Shown here piece after piece: positions 26,070 through 40,314 of a DNA stretch of 64,000 nt (position 1 is the first letter of the stretch; each line of letters begins with the position of its first letter). The position numbers and the translations under genes were made by a program. This stretch comes from Phoronis australis (lineage: Eukaryota; Animalia; Phoronida): positions 49,529-113,528 of the forward strand of contig NMRA01000868.1 in the NCBI GenBank assembly GCA_002633005.1. The letters run 5' to 3'. The notes below the pieces were generated by a model, which was not told the origin of the DNA, did no database searches, and was given only the letters and a program-made list of their open reading frames with translations.

Positions 26070-26354
26070 ATGTAGGACACATGTCGATGGTGCAATTTTG
26101 CCGGAATGGTTCGGGCTTCCCTTCTACATAACACCACGGACCACCCTCTGCACCAGCCGGATTTCGACAGACGTTCGTAAGTTGCACCTCTTTTGGCCAC
26201 ATCGTAAAGTAAAAGTCTAAATATATATTGTTGCGTATGAGCCTCTGAACTTCAAGACTAGACCATACTAGGCACTTTTTTCCCGAGAAGGCGATGTTAA
26301 CAGGACCGTTATAGGCACGTCCTATAAGGTGATCTGTGCATCCGAGATTTTTCA
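26070..26354 (-). CDS. Exon: kringle domain 3
   Basis: Acceptor gttcttgcag|, donor |gtaagt. 285 nt, phase 1-1. GCTDHLIGRAYNG...SGKKCLVW...NVCRNPAGAEGGPWCY...NCTIDMCPT. Confidence 0.93.
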
Positions 26355-26670
26355 CTGCAAGAACAGTCAGCTAGTGGGAATTTATTTGACAAAGGATTCC
26401 TAAGTGGAGATATTACTTATCACGATGTCACGTCAGCGCTTTTCTAGGGATGCTTCTGGGAGTGTGTCCGCCCCGTTGGCCAAAAACTTTGGTCGCGCAG
26501 TGATCGATCATTTTACAACTCGCATTTGGTATGTGCAAAACGTTGGGGTCGCCGAATTTTACTCCATGCAAGCACTTAAGCACATCTCTAAATTTTGAAA
26601 TATCCTAGTGGTACTGAAATACACTAACCTTTGAATTGTGATGTTTAAAATCCTTTGGAAAAGCATTTAA

Positions 26671-27622
26671 GAGGCACTCCATATAAAAACAGCAGATTTT
26701 CCAAAATCAGTCTATGTGTCAAAAATCAAAATTTAGAACAACTTCATTTTTGTACATGGATAGTAATACTATCAAAAATCAAAATGTCGAATTTTGTACA
26801 CTCAATCAACCTTAATTTCGCCTTCACTTTTGTAAGTTTCAACAACGAAAAAATATCAAAAGCTATACTTTGGTGGCTGGAATAACCAAAGTATACAATG
26901 CATAATAAGGTGTTACTTATTAAAATCTGACACTCCTGTGCTACACAGGAGTGTTAATCCGCAGACCACTTTTTGTGGCCTGTTTCTGTGACCTTCCTAC
27001 CGCCATAATGCACCTTACAGCCTTTTATACATACTTCTTACAACAAACAGTTAAAGAGAAAACCTTTATGACTGAGCAATGATTTAGCTTGTCTCAACTT
27101 TACATTTCAGTGAAAATTCTCTTGTAAACTGTCTATTTTAGAATTGACAAGCAGAGTTTATAAGCCACTTGAACAAATTTTGAGCAAGAAATCTGCTTTG
27201 AATTGTCATAAAAATCACGTATGAGGTGTTTCAAATGTAAACAAGTTGTTTGTGGCCGTATTACGCGATCAGTATCAAAATTGAACCCAGTGTCCTTTGC
27301 CCATTGTTTGAGTCAACTGACATTAGGTTTAAGGATACCTAGAAAAGTTCTATACGTAACCTTTTGCTTTCTTCAGATATCATTTATTTCACAATTTCAG
27401 GTCGAGTAAGTGGAAACAAAGCCCTCTGAAGTTTGAGTTTGAAACATTGTCATTTGTTGCGAAATGGAGGTACGTGCCATAAAAAGAGAAGTGATTGATG
27501 AAAATTTTTAAAATTTGATTTTTTGTACATGTACGTCTCACCAAACCAAACTCATGAGTTAAGTCTAAAAAAATCGGTGATTTTGGGTATAGACTCAACC
27601 TGTTTTTTATATGGAGTCACTC
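26671..27622. mobile_element. MITE with GAG...CTC termini (Sola3-like)
   Basis: ttaa|gaggcactccatataaaaacag ... ctgttttttatatggagtcactc, a ~22-bp TIR with TTAA on the left flank. Confidence 0.65.
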
Positions 27623-28299
27623 TTTTTTATTTGCACATATATCGTAAAAGAACGACTGCTAGACGCTTGTTTCACTTACTGTTCTGAGCCACCATAACTT
27701 CTGGTCAACTGGACATTTATACTAATATCCCAAGCAGAGCCTCATTTAGATTTAATTGAACTAAATTGACCCCATCAACTGTGTTACGGGAGGTATATAT
27801 GCCCTATTACACGGAGCAGTCTATGAGGGACTAAACATGTTCTACACATTTTACCACACTTGAGGCCTTGTGGTAGTATTGGCTGTTCTTTCTGATTGTG
27901 ATTTATTGTCGTTTCCGTTTAGCTTATACACACGACAAAATAAAATTCCGGATTGAACTCTGTTAAGAAGGTTTTCATGCCACCATCCTGATTTCGTAAT
28001 TATGTCCCTATTTGTTTCATTGAAATCAGTTTTCACTTTCTAATGCATGACAATAATATTCCAGTTGCCACAGAGGAGCTTAAATCGGAATAAATTGATA
28101 GAAAACATTTCACATCATAACATTTGAACGGCAGTAGACCTGATTGAGCATTTCCTTTAAAAAGAACACAAAAACTGGTCATGGAAAATAAGTTGAAAAT
28201 AAACCAAAAAACGTTCATACTTATTCATTTTTGACTCAAGATCAAGTTGGTGTATTTTGTGAGCTCTCATAAGAAGAGCATCGTCGACTTTATTGTGCG

Positions 28300-31200
28300 G
28301 ATAATCACAGCTTCTACGAGACTATATATTGTAGCTTACCTTCTGGACATTTCAGTCGATCGAGTCGGATCGGGATGGACCAACTGCCAAAAATTTCGGG
28401 GAAGACGAATTCCTATACTACTCGGAGGTCGACATCGATCAATTAGATGTGACGTACATGTGAACATCTGCACGTTAAGGAAATATCTTCACAGTCCAAC
28501 CCCAGAGCCAAGCTGCTCCAAGCCCGGAAACCCAAACCGCAGTGGACGTTGGCAAGGACACGAACACTGTTTCAAAGCTCATCGGAACCACCACCGTCGG
28601 CGGTCACTGTCAGGTAGTCAATAGACATTTGCCTAGAGGTATGCCCATCCCCGCTTTCTGTCATCTACAAGTATGTGCCTTCTAACCAAGCCGTGTACCA
28701 AATGTGAGCGTTTTGGTTATGTAGCCAGACCAGTGGTGGCATTTGTAATCCCATTTCACTAGTGGAACAGACCATCGTCTGGTGAGCTCAGGCAAATTCA
28801 GTGTCCAAAAGTAATCAGCAGTTTGAACTAGTACGTCGACTTTAAGACAAGCGAAATGCAGTTTGTAGATTAAACAACAGGATGGATACCTTTTGGACTA
28901 TTCCGCAAGAAGCATTCTGGGCGAGCATTTTACACAGTGCTTTATAGATAAGTTAACGAGAACACCAAACGTCAATTTCGGTGTTGTAAACCGACCTCAT
29001 CAGCTCTTACCACTGTACCCCTCCTCAGCGCAATGAAGGAAGATACATGTAGTTAACCCAGGCAACCGGAATCGTGAGAGGCACCTTTCGAGTGATGAAA
29101 GTCAAAACCAAATACGTGTTAACAAGCTATAAAAAGTACCGTGACAATCACAATAATGCACCGATTGTAGCCACGCCATCGCCCAGTGTGGAGGTGACTC
29201 ACGTAACATAGTTTTATCACGGATTTGACTGTGCCAAGATTAAACACTCAACTTGGCTGCTCCCCCAATCGTGTCCCATTAAGTAGGGAGCAACTGATCA
29301 GCCAACAGGAGGCAACCTAATAAAGATCCTAGGGTACACGTCATGGTCAACAGGTATTCGTTAGACATACGAGCACAACCGACGCAAAGTTGGTGTTTCT
29401 GAACAAAACTCCATCATCAAAGTGAAGAGGTTCAAATGATGCCAGGAAGATTAACCAAGTTGCTCAACTAAACAGCTCTTGAGACACATTTTTCTGAAGC
29501 CGAAATGAAATGACATTTTCCCCATTTGACGGTATTGAACGGTTTTAGAGGCTAAGGCCGCTTCAAGTAGTGAATCCAACCAAAGGATTGGATGAGTGCA
29601 AGGTGATTTATCAATTGCGTGTGTCATCCTTTGGCCTGTTTCAGTCCCAGAAATATTAACCGAGCTATTAAAACCAGTTCTGACATTCGTGCGCTCAACG
29701 GGAATCAGACTTACCTTGACGAAGCCATCGATTCAGATCTGCTTTTCCAGGTACAAAAAACGGTCAGGAAACAGTCGAAAACAATCAGTTAGCTCATTCG
29801 TCGAATCTTTCAGTTCAGTTAGCCCCATTCAGGTGTTGCAAGCTGTATCCACAAACAGCTAAAACGACCCTAACAGTCATCCAAATTTACAAGAAAGTGG
29901 TTTTATCTCTCCGTGCGGTGCAAGACACAATTCCGTTGGTGGATGCACTACCTCTGCCAGTGGAAAAGAAAATAATTCAAAGTCCTGCAGTAGTGATTGC
30001 AATGTTACAAAAATCAAGCGAGTCGTTTTATGAAAACACGCCCAAGCACAAGGCATCTGGTCCACCTCAGAGAGGAAGGAGTATATCAACGCTCTGGGCC
30101 TCGTATCAGTCATTTTCGAGGTCTGGACTGCACGAAAGGCGAACACAACAAATTTAGAGGATATGAGGCCATCGTTTCAAGATGCTGTTTCAAGTGACAC
30201 GCGAATTGTACGACTAGTGTGTGCAATGCAGGTTCACACTCACTGATATCTTTTTTCTAGTGATGAACGTAATATCCCACCAATAGTCTTGGGAGTTATT
30301 GGATTGCAGCAGCCGGATGTTTTAGGTAACCTTTTCCGCCAGCTCAACATGTTATGAGGCACTCCTTGTCGCTATTTGCTGAGATTTACAACGTGGGCGG
30401 ATCAATATGTGAGTTGGAGGCCTGACTATTTCTCCATCGCGATCGATGCACAGCCACTCGACTTGTCGAAGCTAACTCACCTGTGTGAGTTTCCTCCATT
30501 TCACTCCATCGACCGATGACTGTCAGACACGGTGAAACAAGTCCCTTGCACGATTGTGACTCCAGTGTTGCCTGCAATATCCCGATTCCCCCCCTTTTAA
30601 TTGTAAACGGGGCACCAATTTTGTCATCCTGCAACTGGCGTTCTCTGACGGCACTACAAGGAGATGTAAATTCGTTGGCGTTGCAACATAGCTCTTGTTT
30701 GCCGCGTGGACAATATCGGTGGCGACGTAAATACAGTGGGGATTTAACCAGTCGCTGTTGACATTCTCGATACATTGCGGCGTAAAGGTACAGTGTAAGC
30801 TGCACTAGCTCCGCTCTTGCTGTTCCTTGGGAAGCGATGATTCTGTGGTGTACCCAACGACTATTTGACTTATTTCATTCACCTATGAGAAATGTGGCAG
30901 ATTTGCTGTTGGATAATGTTTACAAGATGTTTTTTTTTAAAATACCACTGTTAATACTTCTAAAGCTGCAGTCTTGACATACATATACTGCGACCTTATT
31001 GACCGTGTACCTTTGGACAGGCACCGCACAATCTAGAGATTAATTCGGGGTGTTTTCAACATACTCCATCGTAGCCAAATGTTTACAAAAACTGGGATGC
31101 CCGGGATTGCTTGACAAAATCAGTAGTTTTCCAGATAAAACTGATCGGTCATCGAGCTACTTGCACATCAATGAAGTTAGTTATGCTAGCAATACTGAGA

Positions 31201-31600
31201 TGAATCCGACACACTCCGTTCGATATGGAGATAGGATTGAGGCTCATGTTGCCAGCCCAAAGGAGATCGGGAAAACCACACCTCTCGTTCATTCTTCCCC
31301 AGAAATAAGCTATCATGTGTGGCTATCTGTTAGAACCAGAACCGCTTCGCTCAGAATCGTTGGGGGAAATACATAAAACTAAGAAACTCTTTTGATCTTA
31401 GTCTACAGCAGTGTCTCGTTTTATAGTTAGATGCACCTGAACGTTTCCAAAGGTCAATACACTCCAGCCCCACCACTTCCATGGAATTTCTACAACCCCA
31501 GTGTAGTTACGTGTGTTAACTGGAACAGATCCAGCACTTTTCACATATTTTACAAGGCTCTTCTTCAAACAGTGTCTCTAGAACAAACTGTTCAAAATAT
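28300..31600 (-). mobile_element. Very degenerate Ty3/Gypsy pol remnant (RNase H-integrase)
   Basis: Minus-strand fragments lie in pol order: TILSEAVLVLTD (cf. LTSAPVLAxPD), AALEVLTVVF (cf. ELLAVVW), VRERQLQDDKIG, QDYWWD (integrase Zn-finger YW), RPRAL. GC is higher than in the flanks. Confidence 0.45.
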
Positions 31601-32275
31601 GAAACAGTGAACCCTATTTTTAGAATTCAGACATGAATTATCAGATCTGCTTCCGTTATTACGAGATATTATTCTGTATTTCATAAATGTTGTAAACCAT
31701 GGCATAAAGGTGTGATTTTGTGGGGTAAAAATGACGTAAATATGATACATTACTGCTCAACTTTAATCGTTTCCAATTATAAGTTTCAAAGATTGCACTT
31801 GCTTGTTCATCCTTATTTGAGATTGTTCAAAATGTGTTGCCGGTGTTGGAGGCGGAAACAAGTTTTTGATTGGCGATAGTTTCCCAATTGACCTCTCTTC
31901 CACTAGCTGTTACGGTTTTGAGTCAAATTGTCAAATAACGCAATTATATATACTAGCATTTTTCGACTAATACGTAATCATTCTTTGGTAGAAATGAGCT
32001 ATCGGACCTGCTTACTGATGAAATAATACTTTTCAAGTCATGCTTTACAAAATGCATGATATCTACATGATAATTAAAAATAAAGACACGAAGAAATTTT
32101 AAGACACTTAGTTGACTATTTGTTTGGTACTGTCTCGTGCAATCAAGGAGTGAGAACTTCAAAAGACAGTCATGGATTGATATGCTTAGTTAAATTAAAG
32201 TCCTCAAACATGAAGCACACTACTGATATGTTTGGCCAAGGCTACTATGCAGGCATTAAAGAAACTGGAAATTAC

Positions 32276-32548
32276 CATTTGGACACTCCTTAATACCGCA
32301 GTACCCCCACTCTGGAAATTTGCTGTCGATGTAGCACCAAGGGCCGTTTGTACTGAGGTCTGCATTCCTGCACAGATTTGACCTCTGCACGTGCACAGGC
32401 ATTTGGTTAAATGCCCATTCCCCCCTTTGTGTCTCGTGAAGCCGTTTAACTACTTCCGGGTGAGACCAGCGTCTACATCGCTCCCCTTTTGATGTAGTCG
32501 TCTTTGATCCGATATAGTCCATTCCAAACAATTTACGTGTGCACGGTT
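32276..32548 (-). CDS. Exon: kringle domain 2
   Basis: Acceptor cttatcacag|, donor |gtaatt. 273 nt, phase 1-1. EPCTRKLFGMDYIG...GERCRRW...NLCRNADLSTNGPWCY...WGYCGIKECPN. Confidence 0.93.
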
Positions 32549-33469
32549 CTGTGATAAGATAAATATTTGATTACTTTACAGAGTAATGTATCACGTGTAA
32601 ACACAATAACGCAGTTTCTTAAAATGTCAAATCGCTTAATTTCAATGTTACCGTCAGGTATAAGGTCACACTCAGCCAGCAGTTCCATTTATGACTTGCT
32701 TTTTCTTAGACAAGGCTATACATGTATGGCCAAGACTCTCGCCCGCTTACATGTAAGAACAAAAAGCTCCCTACCCCTTCCACTTGTCCTCGTTTTCAAC
32801 CTTAACCACCTCAGCGATTTCCACCTCATCATTTGAATTCAAAAGAATATTGTCCCTGAAAAGTACTCCCAGTCTCACGAAGGAGAGACAATTTTGATAA
32901 GGTACTTGTGGCTGTTATATACTCTTCATTTATGGATTCACGCTTTGAGAAACCGTGATTTCGAAGAAAATAATTTCAAGCTTCAACAAAAGCAAAGTTA
33001 TCGATCCTTGAGGTCAACAACCACTCATTCTCAGTATTTTGCATTGCATGTCGTATGGTCCACGCTGTCTTCGTAATAGGAGTCCAAACCCTATTAGAGG
33101 TTGGCTTTGACAGAAGTGTCATCAATATCTGTGAGAGTGAGGAACGTCCTCTCAAATGCTGCAATGTAACAGTCTAGGTATGCAATCGATGGAAATTGTC
33201 TGTTCCTATGATTTCTAGAAGAACTTGATGAATTATATCTAACTATCCCAAAGTTACGAAGACTGGAAATCAAATTGCAACATCAAAAAATGGGTGTTTG
33301 AGAACCAAACTCCGTTGCAGGCCACAGTGCATGGTCCAGAAACAGTGTAGTAGATATGAGAAACCAAAGGTTTTTCAAAAAAGATTGTTTAGAACGCCAC
33401 TCTTTTTGAGCTTCTGGCTTTGACAGTAAGAAACGATAATTATAAAGAGCAACTAGAAGAAGAAGAAAC

Positions 33470-33960
33470 TTAATTAATAACAGCGACAAGTGTTACTTTA
33501 ACCACCAGCCCACGGGCTTATTAGTCACGTTAACAAAAAAGGAACATGAATACACATACCATTTTCATGTGAAGCTTAAAACGTCTTACGAAATGAGTGA
33601 AAAGCAATTTTCGTCGTATATAGACCTAGTCAGTTCAATACAAACATTATTAGATAAAGTAGCAGGTTTCTCGTCAACACTTAACACGTCGAAATGCGGA
33701 AAAATTAATGTGATTTTGTCAAGTACTGACAAAACCTTTAACTCTTCGTAAAAAGGACAATGGAAAAGAAACTGAATTTTATTCTCAACAGCGTGCAAAT
33801 TGTAAAGCAATCAAAATCTGTAACAGAGGTCAGTGTCAGAAAACCTACCAGTTTTAATATCAAGTGGGAGAATTTTACAACAAAAATGTGATAAACGTGG
33901 TCTACGATACCTGATCAAACAGGAAAGTTGGTAGTTTTTCTTCAAAACGGTCTTCCGACT
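33470..33960 (-). mobile_element. 3' end of RTE-X/L2-type LINE
   Basis: ILPLDIKTGRF...VENKIQFLFHCPFYEEL (cf. LxIETGR...EDExHFLxxCPxY), followed by a short 3' UTR. Confidence 0.75.
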
Positions 33961-34550
33961 AACTTGATGTGATCATCATTCACATTTTTAATAACATTTA
34001 TTTGTAAAACAGTGATATCGCATTTAAGTTTGGACACAAATGTATCACTCAACTGACAAGGATTTATTTTTTGGTCTCGGAGAACCAATTTAATTTTGTT
34101 TTTGTTTTTTTTTGGTTAGTCTTCCACAGCTAAATCTCAATATTATGTTCTACACATCTGGGACTAATAGTCATAGCCCAGAAAAACCATATTCATGTGA
34201 CGATAATATCCAACCAATGTCACTTCTTACGGCAACCATAGGAGCTGGCCGATGCATTGGAAAAACCAGAATACGTTCAACATTACGAAGTGAACAATAT
34301 GGGAGCCCTCAGGGCTGGAATGTTTACAGATTATAACGCAGCTCCATTACTTATTAGTCCATTATTATATACTTCACGAAAAGAACTTTCAGAGACAAGA
34401 GAGACTTTTTGCCCAACGTTAACATTCGGTAATTAAAACCTTAAGCTTTAGCCAAGTGATTAAGAGCGCATTGCAGTATAAAATAAATTATACAGACTAT
34501 CTCCGTATGTTGCAGACATATGTATATTCTCAAATACTTTGTGTTTTTTT

Positions 34551-37500
34551 CAGGTGAGATTTGAGTTTTTTCAGAAATAGCTGTGGGGGGCAGAACTCGA
34601 ATTTATGACTCTAATCTTAGGGCACTTTTCACTAAACAGATCCCAAAAATTATCTAATACAACAAAAGTGCACCAAGGTAACAATGTTTAATAAATGAAA
34701 CGAACATCAACCAAAAATAACTATAACGAGTTAAAATTTACACGTATCAGGAAACAACCAGCAAGATAAGAAACGTTCATGGGACCTTGAGTGCAATATG
34801 TGAAGAATATTCAGGATATTGTTGCAAAAACATAGTACAAGTCTGCTTAGGTCACTTAATTTTGAGAAAATATTAATGAATATCATTAAATTCCTCAATT
34901 ATGCTAATTAGCTTCGCCATTACTGATAAATTCAAATTTCGGTGTAACTTTATCAAATTGCAATCAAACATGACAAATAAGGTGTCTATACCTATGTTTT
35001 GAAGGTCTAGAAAAATCATTATGACACATGTGACGCTTTTTATTTCATCTTCACTACGTTACAAATGCTCACTAATAAAGCCTGAAAATTAAATTAGAAA
35101 TCAGAATTGGCATTTCTTTTTGCGAGCATCTCACTATTTAGATAATATATAAAAGTATTGTAAACATAACATCATGACTTTTAAATATTGTTGTAAAGAG
35201 ATTCATGGCCATGTCGTCCCATTTTGGACAAGAAGACACCGTCCTCATTGTCGACCAAGCACTTGCTGCAGTTCAATGGAGCTTACGTGGTCGGTCCCAG
35301 AATACCAAAATATGTTAATACAGCATCTCGTTTAGTGGTTCTTCACGTATCAATGAATTTCATCAAGGCCATAGAACATCAGACGAGTGATTCCGGAATA
35401 GCTGAGGTGTGGCTAGAGAGTGCAGTACTTGGTCATGCGGTGTGGAGCTAGCCCTCATTCGAAATCGTAAAGCAACATTACAATATGAAGGCACACTCTC
35501 TTTGCTAGATCTGTGGCATCTCCTAGTGCCAAGGTTTTCTCATTTATTGCAGAAGCGAACGAGGACTGGCATGCTTGTGTTGCCAGTATGTCTGCACATC
35601 ATGATTCACAGAAAATTCCGAGTTGATAATATTTCTCAATCAGGATAAGCTAAAGAAACTCCTGGTCTTTTTGTCAACGGTAGGTCTCAGGATGCGAATT
35701 TCAGCTTCTGGTGGAGTTACATCGGCATAGTTCCCATATTGTTAAAGTGCTCATGCTCTCAACGGGATGACATTTTGGGAACTGCATACCTATTCATTTC
35801 CTCTCATTCTGCTCCATCGAATTAGGCCCGAGTAGGGTGCGGTCTTTTTAGCTTCCACAGTGTATTTGGTCAGAGTTTCAAGCAGGAAATTTTGTAGTTA
35901 AGCGATCTCCTCATATGGTTTGTCAGGTAGATGCTGACCAATGGGCAAGTGGGGCAGACAAAAAGAAGGTGGCATCATCGGTAATACAAAACCACGCCAG
36001 CTCTATGCAGGTGATAACTCCCCTTTAATATGAGATCTCGTATAGCTGAACAAACTTATCGCAACGATGTGGAGTTCATGGTTTCACAAAGAAGACACGA
36101 AAACCAGGCAATTGATCGAAAATAATGTCGAGAGTTCCCTTCTTTACACTTTCCATGGATTGAAGGTCTTCTCGTCCGCAAGGCCTTAGCTGCTGCAGAG
36201 CCGTGCAACGAAAGACCTAGCATCAGCACCAATTCAAGAGTCACTTTTGCACACCAAGGAACATGGACACGAACAAATTAAGAAATTTGTTCCAGACAGG
36301 TTAATTATCACTGAGCAATGCGATAACTCAGACATGTCAATTCATGCACTTATGCGCAAAATGCCCCAACATTTGCCAGCTTGTATGATGTGGAGAAACA
36401 AACCCAAAAGACAAAGACAAAGACAAGAAAATAGTTTTTAAGGCAGACATGGATGTACTTCACTGTCTAGCTACGGCTTATGAGGAGGGTCGGCCAGTTG
36501 ATTTGCCGTCTTTGCTCAACTGCGAGCTTCTTCTCGTCCATGTTTGCTTGCAGAAACGAAAGGCACATTGCGCACTAGATATATATCTTCACTTGAGGTA
36601 GTATTAAGAGTTAACACATCGACTGTCCTTAAACAATTCAACTTCATGACATATTAACTTGCCTCATTATTAATGGTCAACTATTGCTGGCAGCTACTGG
36701 GAAGCCTAATGTTGATGTGAAGAAACAGATGCAAGATTCGTACTGCGTGCTGTCCACGGTCAGCAGTTGTGTTTTCCAGGGACACTGATGTCCTACTGCT
36801 TCTGGTATTGCACTTCCAACAAATACAATGTGAGCATATCAAATAAACGTCAATATATCCCTATTGAAGCGGTTTTCAACAAACTACTAAGAGATTCAGT
36901 AACATTCTTGTTTGCTTTTCATGCCGTGACCGGGTTTAGCACCAACTCGTTCTTTGCCAATCACATGAAGCAATCATCATGTAAGGTGTTCCTAAAACAT
37001 CACAGATTGCTTAAGAACCTCTGCATTGGTTAACTCACTGAGAAAATTATGACGTCTTTAGAAGTATTTGTATGCAGAATATAGAACACGACCACAACAG
37101 ACCTGTAGATGTACCGCGCCAATTACTATTCTCCAAGCTCGTGACCCCAGAAGTTCTTCCTCCAACGCATAATGCCCTCCGATTCCATTTGATGAGAGTG
37201 CATATCTGAACTCCCAGCACCCTCCGACATGGGAGGGACGCACACAAACTTGTGCTTGCAGCCCAAACTGATGACACAGAGCTCTATCCCTGCCTTGGGA
37301 CGCTATGGTGTGAATTTCAGAAACAACGCAACAGTAGACAATGCAAATACAGGGAATCTGGATTTCGATGCATATCATTATGCACATGCCAGCTGCACAT
37401 TCATGTTCCTTGTATGCAAACAGTTTGATTTGCCTGTCTTCAAGCATTTTAAATAGTACCAAAAAGTAAATGCTAAAACTGTCTTTAGCAGGCCTGGAAA

Positions 37501-38158
37501 AAATGCATACAACTGTGAATGTATTGATGTCTTCAATAACAATACATGTAACTATTGATTTTTTATGAAAGGAAAATTATGGGATAGTGTGAACATTTGA
37601 TCGTATAATCTGTCATAATAGTGACACCTTGCTAAACGAGCTTTGAAGACTAGCAACTATATTTTCCACATTCTGTAAGTATACACAGATAACCCAATAA
37701 ATATGAAATAAATTGCTTCAAAAATGACCAAGTCATGTTTGTTGACCATTAAAATATAAGTTTAAACGCATCATTTTTCAAGTTACCTTGCATGAGCACG
37801 AAAATTGCATTGTATGGTAATGGCGGCCCCTAATTTACATAATTAGTTTTTAGAGTTGCATTTTTTAGTTTTCATAAATGATGTATTGCTCAAGAAGTAT
37901 TTATAAGAAATGTACAGGTGAGACATTTCACCATATTAAATGGTACATTGTGATTTCTATCACTAACGAAAATAAATCTGAACTTAACAATTTGGCCGTC
38001 ATTGTGTTTATGCTAATTAGATGGTCAAAAATTTAAAATTCGGCTTGTGAACAGGGTTAGTTGAATTCGCCATACCTTTATTGTGTGAAAAAGTCTTGTT
38101 CCCATAAATGCTTCTAGAACCTTATACAGGGCTATTTTCTAGAAATGCGTCTAGACTA
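34551..38158 (+). mobile_element. Decayed DNA transposon encoding a transposase-like domain + FEN/XPG-like PIN domain + CXC domain
   Basis: Ordered motifs across frameshifts: GQEDTVLIVDQAL (35226), RLVVLHVSMNFIKAI...SGIAEVWLES (35329), EFQAGNFVVKR (35872), GGIIG (35968), EETDARFVL (36719), SRDTDVLL (36775), FHAVTG (36918), LPPT..AL..H (37156), CxxxKxxxSRQCKxRESGFRCISLCTC (~37310-37400). Boundaries are approximate. Confidence 0.8.
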
Positions 38159-39968
38159 ATATACAGTTGACTGATCACGATTCGATGAATACCGATACAA
38201 AACAATAAAAGCGGTCCAATTCCAATACTTTATTCGCTGCTGGAATGACAAAACTTAGCAATGCTACTGAAATCTTTATCACTCGTGGCGAAATCTACCA
38301 AACAGCTGTTTCGCCAGGCGACAACCAACCAACTACTTGGAGCGGCGCGTTAAGTAAGTCTATCTGGTCAACTATAATCATATTTTACGTAGAAACACAT
38401 ATATTTATGTGGGTGTCTCCATTTTTGTCCTTGAAAACCAAATTTTTACTAGATAAGAAAAGGTCAAATTAAATAAGAAGCTGTTCTGAACGTATTTGTA
38501 GTGAGGAAAAACGTCGACGAAATGGAAACTGAATAAGTGAAACTGCTGGCTTCTCAAGGTGTTTTGATTGAGGAGTTTAGACTAGAGCCTGGTCTATCCA
38601 TCTTTCAGTCGCATCAAGTCGTATTTCAGGGGGTAAAGACCATTTATGAGACGAAAGCGATTTCTATGTGATGACATCTCCCACTGTTATGGCCGATGTC
38701 TTGTCAAAGCACGTGATTGCACTGGAAACTGTAAATTTTGGCGACTTTACCTTAACCGACGAAGTTTTGCTTTGTGCTTAGCCTACTATTGTGTCAACGA
38801 CACCGATCGTAAAACCTGTTTTTTTTCTGTTGTTCATTTTATGGCCTTTCCCGATCCCTAACCGCGCGCAGGATTTGACTGATTTGCACTCAGCGATAGA
38901 GACAACCAGCAACAATGCTCACATTGTTTGCCTCAGCTACCGCCCAGCCTCCCCTACAATCAATTGCACTTTCAAATATCATTGGTGAATAGGGCAGAGA
39001 ATATAAGACGTGTTTATATAGTTAGTGAGATCTTGACATCAAACTTAGGTCCATTTTCTCTAGACGCTCGCGATGTTTTCAAGTGTGTACCAGGATGTTC
39101 ACAATGATTTTCCACTTTGATTCAGGCAATATATCGAACAATGAAGCGATTGCATCGTGTTCCAATACAGAGTGCAAAATGTGGTCGTATCCTATAGCAA
39201 TTGCAAAAAGCTCTCCGGAAAAAATTCCCCACGTTATTAATTTGGCCCTTTTCTAGAACGAGCATGCCACTCCTTTCAGCAAACTCCCGCTCAGCAACAG
39301 CTTTGCATTTGGCGTTGGTGCGGAATAATGTTGACTGCGCCCGTGTTAAAGCTTTGCTTTACCCTATTTATATGATTAAAAATTAAAAATCGGATTTGGC
39401 CTTTCCTCTCACACGGTATAACCGGTTTGATAAAATTATTTAACGTGATACGTCATTTCCGTTACATACATGTAAAAAATCAAGGCAGAAGTTATCCATA
39501 TTTTATGTTTGGAAAGCCACTGTTAAACCTGACGCGCATTACGAGGTCTATTTTATGATAGAGAAAAGTCCTATATCTAGACATTCCTTTCTACCGAGCT
39601 GAACTGGGAAAATGCACATGTAACAAAATCCATACAATCTGGTGCATTGTTTAAGATAGATCCACAAGCGTCGCGTATCTCATAAGTGATCTCTATCTGC
39701 GCTTTCAGGAGCCTCGAAGTGGGAGTTATAATCGAAGCTTCTACATGAGTTCGTACATTGACTTATCATAGAAATTCCCCTGTCGGCTATTGCTTTGATC
39801 AGTGAAGCAATCTTGAAGAACTGTTAGCAAAGTATCCAACAACGTTTGTAACATCAAATGTTTCTGACATTCAAATCTTGATGGCAAAAATGACGTCATC
39901 TGTCCTTATTCACCTAATCACCAATCGTGTTTTCAATACAGGCGTCAATGCCAGCAATCTATACTCAC

Positions 39969-39989
39969 CCTTTGTTGCAGGCTTTTCCA
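39969..39989 (-). CDS. 21-nt linker micro-exon (VEKPATK) between kringles 1 and 2
   Basis: tcaattttcag|TGGAAAAGCCTGCAACAAAGG|gtgagt. Strong splice sites, phase 1-1, gives an open linker CPSE-VEKPATK-EPC. Confidence 0.65.
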
Positions 39990-40314
39990 CTGAAAATTGA
40001 ACTTTCCAATGACACGCGTTACTGACACAGCACAAACACTTCTGAAACCATATAACCAGGAATTTATTATCCATCGATGGTAAATTAATGAAATCTTTCT
40101 AACGAAAAATACTTATTTATGTGTAGAGATTTATTGTATTGAGTTTGGCAGTTGCAACACAAATCTGAAATTTACTAAAACATATATCGAGCAGTATAAA
40201 AATTTCTTTCAGAGGTTTGATGATCGAAGGATAGCCTAATTTAGAAACTTTCTATTTTTCTACGAAACTTGTAAACTATAACTCTGACTTGACCGTCACG
40301 AACACATAAATTAC

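Noticed and set aside
25445-26075. Long ORFs of 140-203 aa
   Set aside because: They are open only because they cross the N gap at 25614-25996.
28340-28415. SRCR-like peptide EIFGSWSIPIRLDRLKCPEG ending at a gtaagc donor (minus strand)
   Set aside because: No phase-compatible acceptor, no other SRCR parts found, and it lies at the end of the decayed Gypsy pol region. Probably chance, though RNA-seq could rescue it.
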